64,000 nt of DNA from an uncultured candidatus Porisulfidus sp. (GTDB lineage: Bacteria; Pseudomonadota; Gammaproteobacteria; Poriferisulfidales; Poriferisulfidaceae): NCBI GenBank assembly GCA_965116025.1, contig OZ220480.1, forward strand, positions 1,056,001 to 1,120,000, read 5' to 3'. Shown here one piece after another: positions 18,522 to 28,791 of this stretch (its first letter is position 1; every line of letters begins with the position of its first letter). Position numbers and translations under genes: made by a program. Under the pieces are notes generated by a model, which saw only the letters and a list, made by a program, of their open reading frames with translations, was not told the DNA's origin and made no database searches.

Positions 18522-21458
18522 TTAGACGATCTGACGCCGCGCCAATTCGGCGAAGAGGCCGCTCCGAGCCATGAGTTGTTCATACTGACCGGTCTCGACG
18601 ACCCGGCCCTCTTTCATCACGAATATCTTGTCGGCATCGCGAATCGTGCTCAGTCGGTGGGCGATGACGATGCGCGTGATGTTGAGCGTTCGGAGCGATT
18701 CCTGAACGGTCAATTGAGTTCGGTTGTCAAGAGCGCTGGTCGCTTCATCGAACAGCATGATCCGCGGCTTGCGGGCCAAGGCGCGGGCGATCAGCACCCT
18801 TTGCTTTTGTCCACCGGATAGCCCGGTACCGCCCTCGGGTAGCATCGTATGCATCCCCATCGGCATAGCCCGGATATCGGCCTCAAGCCCCGCGGCCCGG
18901 GCGGCGGCCCAAGCATCTTCCATGGCTAACGAGGAAGAGCCAGAAATGTTCTCGAAGATGCTCGCGGCCACCAACTTTCCGTCCTGCATCACAACGCCCA
19001 TTAGGTTTCGGACTGTTGGCAGGTCGAGATGCAGGAGGTCATTGCCGTCAATCAGAACCGCTCCCGAATCGGGTCGCTCGAATCCGAGTAGCAACCGATA
19101 GATCGTCGACTTCCCGGAACCGGACGGTCCGACGAACGCCACATAATCGCCTTGCCGGATCTGGAAAGATACATTTTCTACCGCGTTGGGCGCATCTGGC
19201 AGATAGCGGAAGGTGACCCGCGCGAATTCAATGTGTCCTGTGAGGTCCGCCGGGACGAAACTGCTGACGCCGCTCTCGAGCGGACATTCGAGGATCGGCT
19301 GGACGCGCTCAAACAGCGGGATGGCGCTGCTGATCGTCGTCCACGCCGCGGTCAGGGCGACAACCGAGGTGGCGAACTGTCCGAACGCCGCGTTGAAGGA
19401 CAGGAAGTCCGCGAGGTCGAAGGAATCCTGCACCCCACCTTCGATAAGCGAATACCATATAAAGGCAAAAAGAACGAGCAGGGACAGGGGCATGAACATC
19501 GCGTTCACAGTGTGCTGGGCGGCCCCCCAGAATCGCGCGGTGAGAGTGGCGCGTCGCTGGGCGGAGAACTGCTCCGCCCAGAGCGCGAGCGCATAATATT
19601 CGGCGTTGGCCATCCGGAGCTTGCCCACCCCGGTGATCATTTGAAAAACGAACCCATCGATAAGTCCCTGCGTGCGAAAAGCGTCGCGGTAGTTGCGCAC
19701 TTGGCGCCGTACCAGGAACCATGATCCCGCGACGAGCGCGAGCGAGACGGCGCATGCGCAAAGGGCGAGCGTCCAACTGTAATAGAACAGCAGGGCGAGG
19801 CTAAAAACGGAGAACAGGCTGCTGGCCAGTCCATGCACGGTGGCGCCGGTCAGCAGTTGTCGGATCATGCCGACTCCATTCGCCCGGTCGGCCAGATCGC
19901 CCGCGGTGAAGCGGCGGAAGAATGATGTCGGCAACGAAACCAACCGGCTCCATATGGAGGCCTGAAGCTGTTCGTCGACCCGGCCTTCGATCCGCAATGC
20001 CGCCAAGGCCCCCACGACGTTGAACGCCGCGGCTCCCAGCGCGCCCAGTCCGAGCGCGCCGAGGGAGGCGATCCACATCGCTTGGTCCCCGCGTGGAATG
20101 ATCTCGGCCAGAAGCTCGCCCGTGATGATCGGTGTCAAAAGGGCGATCAGGCTGCCTAGGACGGCCATCGTGACCAATAGACGAAAATCTCTTCCGCACC
20201 ACCGGCGCAAGACATGCAGTAGCGCCGCCAAGCCAGTCCTGACGCGATCCGGTAGGGGAGCATACAACATAAAAGCGCGACGTTCGATTCTTTTGGCCGC
20301 CTTGCGGTCCACGGTCCGGCTCCACTCGGCCTCCGGGTCGATGGCGCGGTAAGAGCCGCGGCCTTTCGAAAGCACGGCCAGCGGCCGCTTCCCATCGGTC
20401 AAACGCCCGACAAAGGAAGGTCCGTCGCGCTTGTGCCAGTCGTCCGTAAGCGAGATCGCGCGCATCCTCATTCCGGAAAGACGGGCGAAGGAGGCGAGGA
20501 CCCTCGCGTCGGCCGACCCGTTCGCTACGTTTCTGCTTCTGGTTGAATTCGGGGTGCCGCCGATAGACTTGGCGACCAAATTCGCCGCTGAGAACAAAGG
20601 CGTGCGGTCGGCCGTTGATACCGCGACTTCGTCGCCTGTCGCGGCGTTAAGGACTCCGCTGATGTTTCGAAGGATCGTCGACGTGACCGCCTTCCGGTCT
20701 TTCCGGCTCATCCGGTTACGTTCCCGGGTGCTAGTGATCTCTCTTTCGTCCACGAGCTGCGCTGATCGCAACAGGAAGAAGTTGAAGCGGTCCAGGGCCG
20801 GCCAAAGCCGGTTAGTGCCCAGGAGCGCCGGTGTGCGCACCGCCGAGATCTCAGTGTCGGCGGTGAGGCGCAACCAAGTCCACTCCGACATCGGTAGGAG
20901 CGTCTCTGCCTCGATGGCGAACTCGGGATTTCCGATGAAGTGCGTCATCCGATCCGCCGAGATCCAGATGACGTCCGAATGATACGCGCCTACCGTCGAG
21001 CCAGCGGGGTAGGGGACGTTCGGATCGGCTTCAAGCAATTCAAGGTTGCGTGGAGGAAGAAGTTGGTTCCGGGACAGAAACTCTGACAGGCTCGATATCC
21101 ACCCGTCGATGAGGATCACCGTTTCGATGCTCAACATTTCCGCATCATTGAGTCTTGATCGCTCCGCCTCCATGATGATGGCGTCTCGAGACGGGACGGC
21201 TAGAAAAGAAAAGTTGTTCTGACCGTCTTCGGCGCACGGCAGGACCGGTCCGTCAAAGGCGGCTTGGCCAGTGGTGACGCGGGTGATGAAAGGGCTACGG
21301 AGGAGTGGCAGGTCGCTATCGCTCCTGACCGCGAAGATGTCCAGATAGCCCTGCGCGACGATCACGATGCGCTTGGGATCGTTCAAGATGACCGGCCTGA
21401 ACGCCCCCGTTTCATGGGGCGGGCCGGAGATTCGCGCGATGGATTCGGGTACGGGCAC
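18522..21458 (-). CDS. NHLP bacteriocin export ABC transporter (non-peptidase subunit)
   Basis: TM domain, GPSGSGKST, LSGGQKQR, FDEATSALD; long N-terminal extension; cluster context. Confidence 0.9.
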   Translation of the reverse strand: MPVPESIARISGPPHETGAFRPVILNDPKRIVIVAQGYLDIFAVRSDSDLPLLRSPFITRVTTGQAAFDGPVLPCAEDGQNNFSFLAVPSRDAIIMEAERSRLNDAEMLSIETVILIDGWISSLSEFLSRNQLLPPRNLELLEADPNVPYPAGSTVGAYHSDVIWISADRMTHFIGNPEFAIEAETLLPMSEWTWLRLTADTEISAVRTPALLGTNRLWPALDRFNFFLLRSAQLVDEREITSTRERNRMSRKDRKAVTSTILRNISGVLNAATGDEVAVSTADRTPLFSAANLVAKSIGGTPNSTRSRNVANGSADARVLASFARLSGMRMRAISLTDDWHKRDGPSFVGRLTDGKRPLAVLSKGRGSYRAIDPEAEWSRTVDRKAAKRIERRAFMLYAPLPDRVRTGLAALLHVLRRWCGRDFRLLVTMAVLGSLIALLTPIITGELLAEIIPRGDQAMWIASLGALGLGALGAAAFNVVGALAALRIEGRVDEQLQASIWSRLVSLPTSFFRRFTAGDLADRANGVGMIRQLLTGATVHGLASSLFSVFSLALLFYYSWTLALCACAVSLALVAGSWFLVRRQVRNYRDAFRTQGLIDGFVFQMITGVGKLRMANAEYYALALWAEQFSAQRRATLTARFWGAAQHTVNAMFMPLSLLVLFAFIWYSLIEGGVQDSFDLADFLSFNAAFGQFATSVVALTAAWTTISSAIPLFERVQPILECPLESGVSSFVPADLTGHIEFARVTFRYLPDAPNAVENVSFQIRQGDYVAFVGPSGSGKSTIYRLLLGFERPDSGAVLIDGNDLLHLDLPTVRNLMGVVMQDGKLVAASIFENISGSSSLAMEDAWAAARAAGLEADIRAMPMGMHTMLPEGGTGLSGGQKQRVLIARALARKPRIMLFDEATSALDNRTQLTVQESLRTLNITRIVIAHRLSTIRDADKIFVMKEGRVVETGQYEQLMARSGLFAELARRQIV

Positions 21459-21462
21459 GTTC

Positions 21463-23655
21463 TCAGCCTGACGTAATCAGGGTACGGTAAAGACCGTCGA
21501 TCTCGATCAGTTCATCGTGACGGCCTTCCTGAACGACCCGGCCGCCGTCGAGAACGATGATCCGGTCGGCATCCCGGATCGTGCTGAGCCGATGGGCGAT
21601 GATCAGACACGTGCAACCGCGCTGGCGGAGGTTGTCGTCGATCTCCATTTCGGTAGCGGGATCAAGCGCGGCCGTGGCCTCATCGAACACGATGATTTGT
21701 GGATTGGGCGCGAGAGCGCGCGCGATTTCCAAACGCTGGCGTTGGCCACCGCTCAGGTTTCGTCCGCCTTCCTCTATGGGCGCGTCGTATTTGTCCGGTC
21801 GGGCCATGATATCGTCGAGGATCGCGGCGCCGCGCAGGGCTTGGGCGACCTGATGGTTGCTGATGGTCGAATTCCAGAGGGTGATGTTGTCTCGCACGCT
21901 TCCCTCGAACAAGACGATTTCCTGATCGACATAGGCCAGGGTCTCAGCGATGTTGGTGGGGGACAGGTCCTGCAGCCGGTCGGCATCTATGCGCACGGTT
22001 CCGGACCACGGGCTGAGCAGGCCGCAAACCAGCTTGCCGATGGTCGATTTGCCGCTACCGGAACCGCCGACCAGAGCGATTCGTTGGCCGGGATTGATCG
22101 TGAGATTGAAATTCTCGATCAGCGGCGCCTCTTGCCGGTTGTAGCCGAAGGTGACGTTTTCGAGCGTAACGAAACCCAAGCTACGCGGACGCTCGCTATT
22201 GTCGGGTTCGCTCATGCCGCGAACGACTCGCAGATCCGACTTGTAGTTCAACACGTCGTCGAGTCGCGCGATGTCGGCCTTGACCGTTTGCAGGCTGGCG
22301 CCGAACTGGATCAAGCCCTCGATCGGTTGGGAGAAGCTACGCGCGAGGCTTTGAAAGGCGACCAGTCCGCCAACGGTCAGGACGCCCTCCAGAAGACGCA
22401 GGCCGCCAACACCAAGAATCGCGACGGTAGTCAGCGCGGTGAGCAACGGCGGCACGACGTTCAGAAGGTTGGTCAATCGGCCCAGATCCTGTTGGGCGTC
22501 CACCACATTGGTATGCATGCCGGCCAGACGCGAGAACAGGTCGCCCTCCGTGCAGTTGGCTTTCAAGGTTTCGATCATGCTGAGCCCAGCGACGGACGCG
22601 CCCGCGACCTTGCCCTGTTCTTTGAGCAGGCGACGGCTGGCATTCTCCCGGGCGCGAGAAACTAATTGAAGGGCGAACAGATTGATGGCCGTCATGGCCA
22701 ATACGACGAGCGTCAAGATCGTGTCGTACGCCAGCATGACCCCCGCATAGGCGATCATGGTGAGCATATTGATAGCGTTGGTGGCCAGTTCGCCCGATAC
22801 GATCCGCGCCACATTGTCGTTCGACGCGACTCGGTTGGCAATGTCTCCCGCGAAACGCTGGGAGAAGAACGTCATTGGCAGCGTCATGACATGCCAGAAA
22901 AACTGCGAGGTCGTGACCAGGGAGAGCTTGGTTTCCATACGCGCGAGACAGTGCTGCTGGAACCAGGTGAGCAAGCCATGCAGGACGGTCACGATTCCGA
23001 GGCCGATGAGGAGCGGCATGACGAGATTCTCGCTTCTCCCGACCAGAATCTCATCCACGAACACTTTGGAAATCGTTGGGACGGCGAGCCCTGGAACCAG
23101 CAACGCGAGCGTCGCCAATATGACGAACAGCAGCGGAGAACGCGCCCGGCCCAGACGAACGAACAAGCCCCGCAACAAACTCGGTCGCGCGCCGCCCCGT
23201 TCGAAACGCGGCGTCGGTTCGAATGCGAGACAGACCCCAGTAAATCCTTCGTCGAATTCCTGCATGGATATGCGGCGTGGGCCTTCGGCTGGATCGTTGA
23301 TGTAGACAAGACCGCGCCGGATGCCCTCAAGCACGACGAAATGGTTGAAATTCCAGAAAATGATCATCGGAAAGGGAAGGTCGAACAGGCGTCCCGGGTC
23401 GCGTCGGAAGCCGCACGCGTCAAGGCCGAGTTTCCTGGCCGCCCGCAACATGTTGATCGCCTTGCTGCCGTCGCGTGACACGCCGCAGCGCACGCGCATC
23501 TCTTCCAGCGGTATCCATTTACCATGATGCGCGAGAATCATCGCTAGACAGGCGGCACCACATTCCGTCGCCTCCATCTGCAGGATGGTGGGCACGGCTC
23601 GTCTGCCGCCATGCTTTCTGGAAATGTTCGGACGCAGCTTGATAGAGTCGTTCAC
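21463..23655 (-). CDS. NHLP bacteriocin ABC transporter with C39 peptidase domain
   Basis: LQMEATECGAACL, WNFNHFVV, INDPA, Walker A/B motifs. Confidence 0.93.
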   Translation of the reverse strand: MNDSIKLRPNISRKHGGRRAVPTILQMEATECGAACLAMILAHHGKWIPLEEMRVRCGVSRDGSKAINMLRAARKLGLDACGFRRDPGRLFDLPFPMIIFWNFNHFVVLEGIRRGLVYINDPAEGPRRISMQEFDEGFTGVCLAFEPTPRFERGGARPSLLRGLFVRLGRARSPLLFVILATLALLVPGLAVPTISKVFVDEILVGRSENLVMPLLIGLGIVTVLHGLLTWFQQHCLARMETKLSLVTTSQFFWHVMTLPMTFFSQRFAGDIANRVASNDNVARIVSGELATNAINMLTMIAYAGVMLAYDTILTLVVLAMTAINLFALQLVSRARENASRRLLKEQGKVAGASVAGLSMIETLKANCTEGDLFSRLAGMHTNVVDAQQDLGRLTNLLNVVPPLLTALTTVAILGVGGLRLLEGVLTVGGLVAFQSLARSFSQPIEGLIQFGASLQTVKADIARLDDVLNYKSDLRVVRGMSEPDNSERPRSLGFVTLENVTFGYNRQEAPLIENFNLTINPGQRIALVGGSGSGKSTIGKLVCGLLSPWSGTVRIDADRLQDLSPTNIAETLAYVDQEIVLFEGSVRDNITLWNSTISNHQVAQALRGAAILDDIMARPDKYDAPIEEGGRNLSGGQRQRLEIARALAPNPQIIVFDEATAALDPATEMEIDDNLRQRGCTCLIIAHRLSTIRDADRIIVLDGGRVVQEGRHDELIEIDGLYRTLITSG

Positions 23656-24902
23656 TGCGCGGTTATCTTCTTCAGTAGCGGGATCACCATGGTGATCGGG
23701 CGCTGGCTTCCGACCTTGATGTCCACGTTGGCGAGCGTTCCGGAAATCAGTGCCTCACCCTCTCCCTTGGTCGTGGTCCAAGCGACGCCGCTCGTAGTCG
23801 ATGGGTCGGGCACCAGTTTCACGCGGCTGGCGTATGGCGGCCCGTTCTGGGAGAAGATCTGGGCGAGCTCCTGATTTTGCAGCACGGTGACCATGCCACT
23901 AACGCTTACCGGAAACTCGGATACGCTCTCGACCACGCCCTTGACGAAACCATGCGTCTCCGGTTGCGTGGTCGCGGGAGAGACCAACACGTCCATTCCC
24001 GGCTCGACCCGTTTTCCATCGCTCGGTGGAATGTACATCAGCACCTCGACTTCTTCGCCCGAGCCAGTCTTGATGCTGAGCACGGGCTGGCCCGCGCCGA
24101 GCACTGAGCCTAGGGCGGCCTTGATCTCGATGACGCCGCCGGAGACCGGCGCCAGGATTTGTTGGGCCTGCAACCGCGTCTGGATCTCACGAGCCCGCGA
24201 GCGCGCCTCTTGGAGGCGGGTGTCGGCACTGTTCACCTGGACGCGGTGATCGTGCAGGCGCGTTAGCTCTCGCGCCTCCAGCGTCTCGATTTGGCGGGTG
24301 GTTTCGAACAACTCCTGCTGCGCGCGGTCGAAGGCCTGCTGGCTACGCTCCAGAGTGACCCGGGTCACGACGCGCTCCTTATAGAGTTGGCGGTGGCTTT
24401 CGAGGCGTTCACGAGCGGTTCGCACCGCCTGGCGACCGGTGCGTTCAAGCTGTTCGAGACGAGCCTGTTGCTTGGCCACGTTGTTTTTGAACAGCCGGTC
24501 CTCCGCTTCGAACGCCGCCTTGAGATTGCTTAAAGTCCGTTCGCTCTCCTTAAGCAAGGCGAGCGCGCTCCGGTAGCGCTCCTCCAAATCGGGGTTCACG
24601 GTCTTGGCGACGACCTCTCCCTTCTCAACGAATTGACCGACCGTGAAGGCGATATCGGTCAACGTGCCCGTGTCGGCGGCGACCGCGTCGATCACCGTGC
24701 CGCCGGTGTTCAGCAGTATTCCGCTGGCGTTCACATAATTGGAAACGGTTCCCAATACGGACCACGTCACCAGCGCGGCCACGAGCGCTATTGACGAGCA
24801 CAGCGCCAGCCATTGCTTGGGCGAGACGACTGAAAGCGCTCGGTCGAGCTTCTCGGGTTCGGACAAATGGTCCAACGCCGCTTTTCTGAACAATTCAACC
24901 AT
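23652..24902 (-). CDS. NHLP bacteriocin system HlyD-family secretion protein
   Basis: LFRKAALDHLSEPEKLD, one TM segment, coiled coil, barrel-sandwich hybrid. Confidence 0.9.
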   Translation of the reverse strand: MVELFRKAALDHLSEPEKLDRALSVVSPKQWLALCSSIALVAALVTWSVLGTVSNYVNASGILLNTGGTVIDAVAADTGTLTDIAFTVGQFVEKGEVVAKTVNPDLEERYRSALALLKESERTLSNLKAAFEAEDRLFKNNVAKQQARLEQLERTGRQAVRTARERLESHRQLYKERVVTRVTLERSQQAFDRAQQELFETTRQIETLEARELTRLHDHRVQVNSADTRLQEARSRAREIQTRLQAQQILAPVSGGVIEIKAALGSVLGAGQPVLSIKTGSGEEVEVLMYIPPSDGKRVEPGMDVLVSPATTQPETHGFVKGVVESVSEFPVSVSGMVTVLQNQELAQIFSQNGPPYASRVKLVPDPSTTSGVAWTTTKGEGEALISGTLANVDIKVGSQRPITMVIPLLKKITAQ

Positions 24903-24974
24903 ATGCGCGCACTATAACGAATCTCTTGCGAACGGTGCCGTAGCGATCAAGAGAAGCCGGGCAGACCGCCGTCC

Positions 24975-26441
24975 TTATTCCATCAGGTACAGGATCCCGG
25001 GAGCCAGTTTCCATTTCGCGTCGCGGGCCTCGCGGGCGAGGTCGGGCAGGCCCGCGACTCCGAGTTTTCGTGATGTCAGCGCGCCGACCGCGTCCAGCAA
25101 GCGGTAGGCTTCGACGATCACATCGCGCTCGGCCGAAAGCGCGTTGATCTGGCGCGTGACGACACGCCGTTCGGCATCCAGAACCTCCCGCGTCGTCCGC
25201 TCTCCGAACTCGGCTTCCCGCCTGATTCCCTCGAGCGCGGCGCGCGACGCGTCAACCGCGGTCGCGAAAGCCGCTTGGCGCTTTCGAGCGGCCTCTAGGT
25301 TCCACCAAGCGCTTTCAACCAGTTGTGACGCGTCGCGCACGGCGTTGAGCCGCTCGTTCCGGCGCTGGGCCTGAACATGCTTCGCTCGACGGATCCGCGC
25401 GCCTACCGCGCCCGCCTGATAGATTGGCAAGGTCAGTTGCAGCGACAGGCTCATTTCGTCGCTGCCCGGAAGATTCGTTTCGGCGAAGCCTGGAAAAACC
25501 GCTCCAGTTTGCCTCTTGGTCGCGGCCCTGAGATCAATGCGCGGTCCGAGCTCGGCGGCGGCCACGCGAACCGACGCTTCAGCGACGCGAGTGGCGGCTT
25601 CGGCGACGCGGACGGCGGGCCTCTGCGACCGAGCTATCTGGCGCGCTTCATCCAGGGTTCGCGGCAGGCCAGCTGGCAGGCCGGCTGGCTTGAGACCGTC
25701 GGGCACCAAGCCGATCAACTGGAGAAAGCGGACGCGTTGGACTTCCAGCTCGGTCGTCGCCGCCACCATTTCCGCGACGGCGATCTCTCGTTCCGCCTCG
25801 GCCTGAGCGACATCGGCGCCGGTCCGGTCCCCGACATCGTACTGCGCCTTGACGTCTCGCGCCTGCGCGTCGAACGCGGCGAGCGAAGCCGCCCGCAGCT
25901 CGGCAACCCGTTTCGCCCGGAGCGTGTCGAGATAGACCGTCGCGGCGCGAAGAAGAACGGCCTGTTCCCTGTTTTCCACGGAAGCGTGGCTCCGTGACAC
26001 GCCTTGAACGGCTCTTTGGAGCGCGGCGGAGTCGCGTCCGCTGCGAAACAGGTTTTGCGTGATGGAGAACGTCCAGGAGCGTGGAGAAGAATATTGGGCT
26101 CGGGCCGCGCCGGGAGGGAACGGCCAGTCGGAGGCGGTTCGCTGTCGACTGCCGCTGGCGCTGAACTGGAGCGTGGGCAACCACGCGGAGACGGCCTCCG
26201 GCACATCCTCGTGGCTCGCGCGCGCGGCTTCCCGGACCGCGTCCAGACCCGGGTTGGACATCGCGGCCTCGGCTAGCGCCTCCTCAATGGTTAGCGCTGA
26301 CGCCGGCGCCGAGGCGAGCGCGAGAGCGATGCCGGGCGCGGCGAGGCGGGAACGAGCGACGCGTGGTCGGAAGCGCGTTTTTCTTGGATGGGATTTCGCT
26401 CGGGGCGTTCCCGGTTGGTCGGATGATGGCGTCTCTCTCAC
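24975..26441 (-). CDS. TolC-family outer membrane efflux protein
   Basis: LTIEEALAEA..NP, QNLFRSG, GDRT..DV, LPIYQAG, GERTTREVLDAE; start uncertain (in-frame GTG at 26441 used). Confidence 0.85.
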   Translation of the reverse strand: MRETPSSDQPGTPRAKSHPRKTRFRPRVARSRLAAPGIALALASAPASALTIEEALAEAAMSNPGLDAVREAARASHEDVPEAVSAWLPTLQFSASGSRQRTASDWPFPPGAARAQYSSPRSWTFSITQNLFRSGRDSAALQRAVQGVSRSHASVENREQAVLLRAATVYLDTLRAKRVAELRAASLAAFDAQARDVKAQYDVGDRTGADVAQAEAEREIAVAEMVAATTELEVQRVRFLQLIGLVPDGLKPAGLPAGLPRTLDEARQIARSQRPAVRVAEAATRVAEASVRVAAAELGPRIDLRAATKRQTGAVFPGFAETNLPGSDEMSLSLQLTLPIYQAGAVGARIRRAKHVQAQRRNERLNAVRDASQLVESAWWNLEAARKRQAAFATAVDASRAALEGIRREAEFGERTTREVLDAERRVVTRQINALSAERDVIVEAYRLLDAVGALTSRKLGVAGLPDLAREARDAKWKLAPGILYLME

Positions 26442-26487
26442 GTCGCGCGCCGCCCGGCTCGGTTCGTTTTCCCCATCTTTGACGGGA

Positions 26488-28791
26488 TTAAATGAAAACC
26501 GCGACAGGATTGAGGTCGGCCTCGGCGCAGGGCGTTTCGCGCCATCCCATCGCGACCGGCACGTCGTAGAGGCGGCCGGGCGCGAACCGCGGCCAGAAGT
26601 GGCGCAGTCCCGGCACGATGGTTCGGGCGACCGGCATGCCGATATCCGGTCGGGTTTGGTCAAGCACCAGAAATTCCATGCCTTTGGCCTCGACCAGCGC
26701 GCGGCAACGTTCGACATCGTCCCGGATATCGGTCGTTTTTGGTGCCGAGTAGTCTTGGGCCACGCGCCGCGTTCGCTCGTCCGGCGCGAGATAGGAGCGC
26801 TCCGCGAGTTTCGCGTTGCGCCACCACCAGAGGCATTCTGGGTCATCATACAGGTAGCCGCCGCCGTCGGCGTCGACGTCCCGAACGGCGACCAGGTACT
26901 GGTTCAGCTCGCACAGCGCGCGGTAGGCGGCGATGTGAGGTTCGAAATGAGCCCCGGCCGAGTACAGGATGTCTTCGGCCTCCTTGTCGGTCCGGCGCGA
27001 CACCGCGACGAACACCGGGATCCCGAGATCGGAGGTGATGTCAAGCATCCAGAGATCGCGGTGGAAAGACTGGTAATATTCGCGGGCGCGGTCCAAATAG
27101 GGTTCGCCGAAACTGTCCAGATCCAGGGCGGGGAGCGATGCTCGATTGTACCACCAGCAGGCGAAGGCGTCGCGCTCCACCAGTTCGAAGAATCCTTGGA
27201 GAATGGCCTCCTCCAGCGTGTTGCCGGACGCGCAGCCGTTGGAGTCAGGGCCGCAGTAGATTTGTCCGCCCTCGTGCGGCGTGGCGAAATAGAGCATCGA
27301 AGTGGGCAGGTAGCGGTGCCGCTCCCGGGTCATCGACCATGCCGGCGTCCAGTCCATCTCCACGGCGGGATCGAAGCGCTTCGGGACGAAATTGAATCGC
27401 GCGCCGAGCGCGTTGATCTCCTCGGCATGGTCGTACTGCCAGTCGCTGAAGAGCTGGACCTCGTTGGGATGGATCGCCTCGCCATCGGCGAAGTCCTCTA
27501 GTCGTGCGCGGCGGCGGATCTCGTCGCCGTGGAACGCGCCGGAAACGCGCTCGATCGCCTCGCACAACGCGCTCGCCTCAGCCTGTTCGGGGCTGGCGCC
27601 CTTGCCCGAGCTCTTGCTCCTGAGGGTGGCGCGCAGCAGGCGCAGATTGTCGTTCCGCAGCGCGATGTTGCTACCCGACCAGTAGACATGCAGCCACGGA
27701 TCCGTCTCGCTGGTGGAGCGGATCAGCTGGGTGACCACGCCGCTCACGGGGCTCACCAGATGGCGGTAGCGGGCGATCGTCTCTCGGGGTCGCACCGAGC
27801 GCGAGCCGCCGGAGTTGGCCACCGTCCGAGGGCAGGACTTGAGCGTGACCGGAACTGGCGCTCGGTCCGGGCGGTAGAGCGCCGGGTCGCCGCAGACCCC
27901 GCATTGCGGGCGGCGGAACACCCGATGCCGGTCGCTCGCGAGGTTGTAGGCGTCGACGGAGATCACGTGTTCATGAAGCGCCGCCCTTTCCCCGAAGACG
28001 ATCCACTTGGCGATCTCGACGGCGGCGAGGCCGAGGATCGACTCGACGAGCTGGGCCGGCGCGAGGCGCCGTGGGAGCGCGCCGCTTGCGCCGGCGCGCA
28101 AGAAATTCTCGACCTCGCGGTTGCTACGGAGACGATGGGCTAGACAGGCCCAGCACGGGCCGTCGTCGCTGGGTCGGAACACCGGACCGAAGAGCGCCGT
28201 CAGGCCGCTTGGCGCCACCGGCAACCACGGAAGTCCGGACGCGAGGTGGCGACGGTTGATCTTGGCGCAGTCTTCTCCGAGAAAGTCGTCGCACACGATG
28301 ACCGAGAGGGTCGGATCGTCGTCGGTCACGGTGATGTCCATCGCCGCTAGCCGGGCGCGGAGACCGTCGCCGGTCACCGCGACCCGGACCGCGTTCAGTC
28401 GCGTCTCCGCCCAGCGCGGCGACGCTCCGCACGCGCTCCAGAAGGCCGCCATTTCCCGGCTGATCGCGGCGCCGGCGGAGACCACATAGCCCTTCGACGC
28501 CAGCGAGACCAGCGCGGTCTGGACCTCAATCGCCGAATACCGGTCCGCCAGCGTCGCGGCGATCTCGTGGCGCGAGTGGCTACCGTCAAGCAACGGCAGG
28601 ATATCGAGATAGCGTCGGCCGTGGAGGATGCCGCTGAAGGCCTCGGACACGATCAGCGCGGTCGTGTCGTCGTGCGGGCGAAAGTCGAGGTGCGGGGCCA
28701 GCATCGGCCGCTCGACCAGACCGCGGTCTTCCTCCAGACTGCACAGGATCGCCTTTGGGGGAGGGGAGACCGAAACGGGGTCCATCTTCAA
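26488..28791 (-). CDS. Fused TOMM cyclodehydratase (RRE/E1-like C domain plus YcaO), copy 1
   Basis: GPCWACL, RPQCGVC, SSGKG, ASALCEAIER, SNGCASGNTLEEAILQGFFELVERDA, RALCELNQ. Confidence 0.93.
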   Translation of the reverse strand: MKMDPVSVSPPPKAILCSLEEDRGLVERPMLAPHLDFRPHDDTTALIVSEAFSGILHGRRYLDILPLLDGSHSRHEIAATLADRYSAIEVQTALVSLASKGYVVSAGAAISREMAAFWSACGASPRWAETRLNAVRVAVTGDGLRARLAAMDITVTDDDPTLSVIVCDDFLGEDCAKINRRHLASGLPWLPVAPSGLTALFGPVFRPSDDGPCWACLAHRLRSNREVENFLRAGASGALPRRLAPAQLVESILGLAAVEIAKWIVFGERAALHEHVISVDAYNLASDRHRVFRRPQCGVCGDPALYRPDRAPVPVTLKSCPRTVANSGGSRSVRPRETIARYRHLVSPVSGVVTQLIRSTSETDPWLHVYWSGSNIALRNDNLRLLRATLRSKSSGKGASPEQAEASALCEAIERVSGAFHGDEIRRRARLEDFADGEAIHPNEVQLFSDWQYDHAEEINALGARFNFVPKRFDPAVEMDWTPAWSMTRERHRYLPTSMLYFATPHEGGQIYCGPDSNGCASGNTLEEAILQGFFELVERDAFACWWYNRASLPALDLDSFGEPYLDRAREYYQSFHRDLWMLDITSDLGIPVFVAVSRRTDKEAEDILYSAGAHFEPHIAAYRALCELNQYLVAVRDVDADGGGYLYDDPECLWWWRNAKLAERSYLAPDERTRRVAQDYSAPKTTDIRDDVERCRALVEAKGMEFLVLDQTRPDIGMPVARTIVPGLRHFWPRFAPGRLYDVPVAMGWRETPCAEADLNPVAVFI

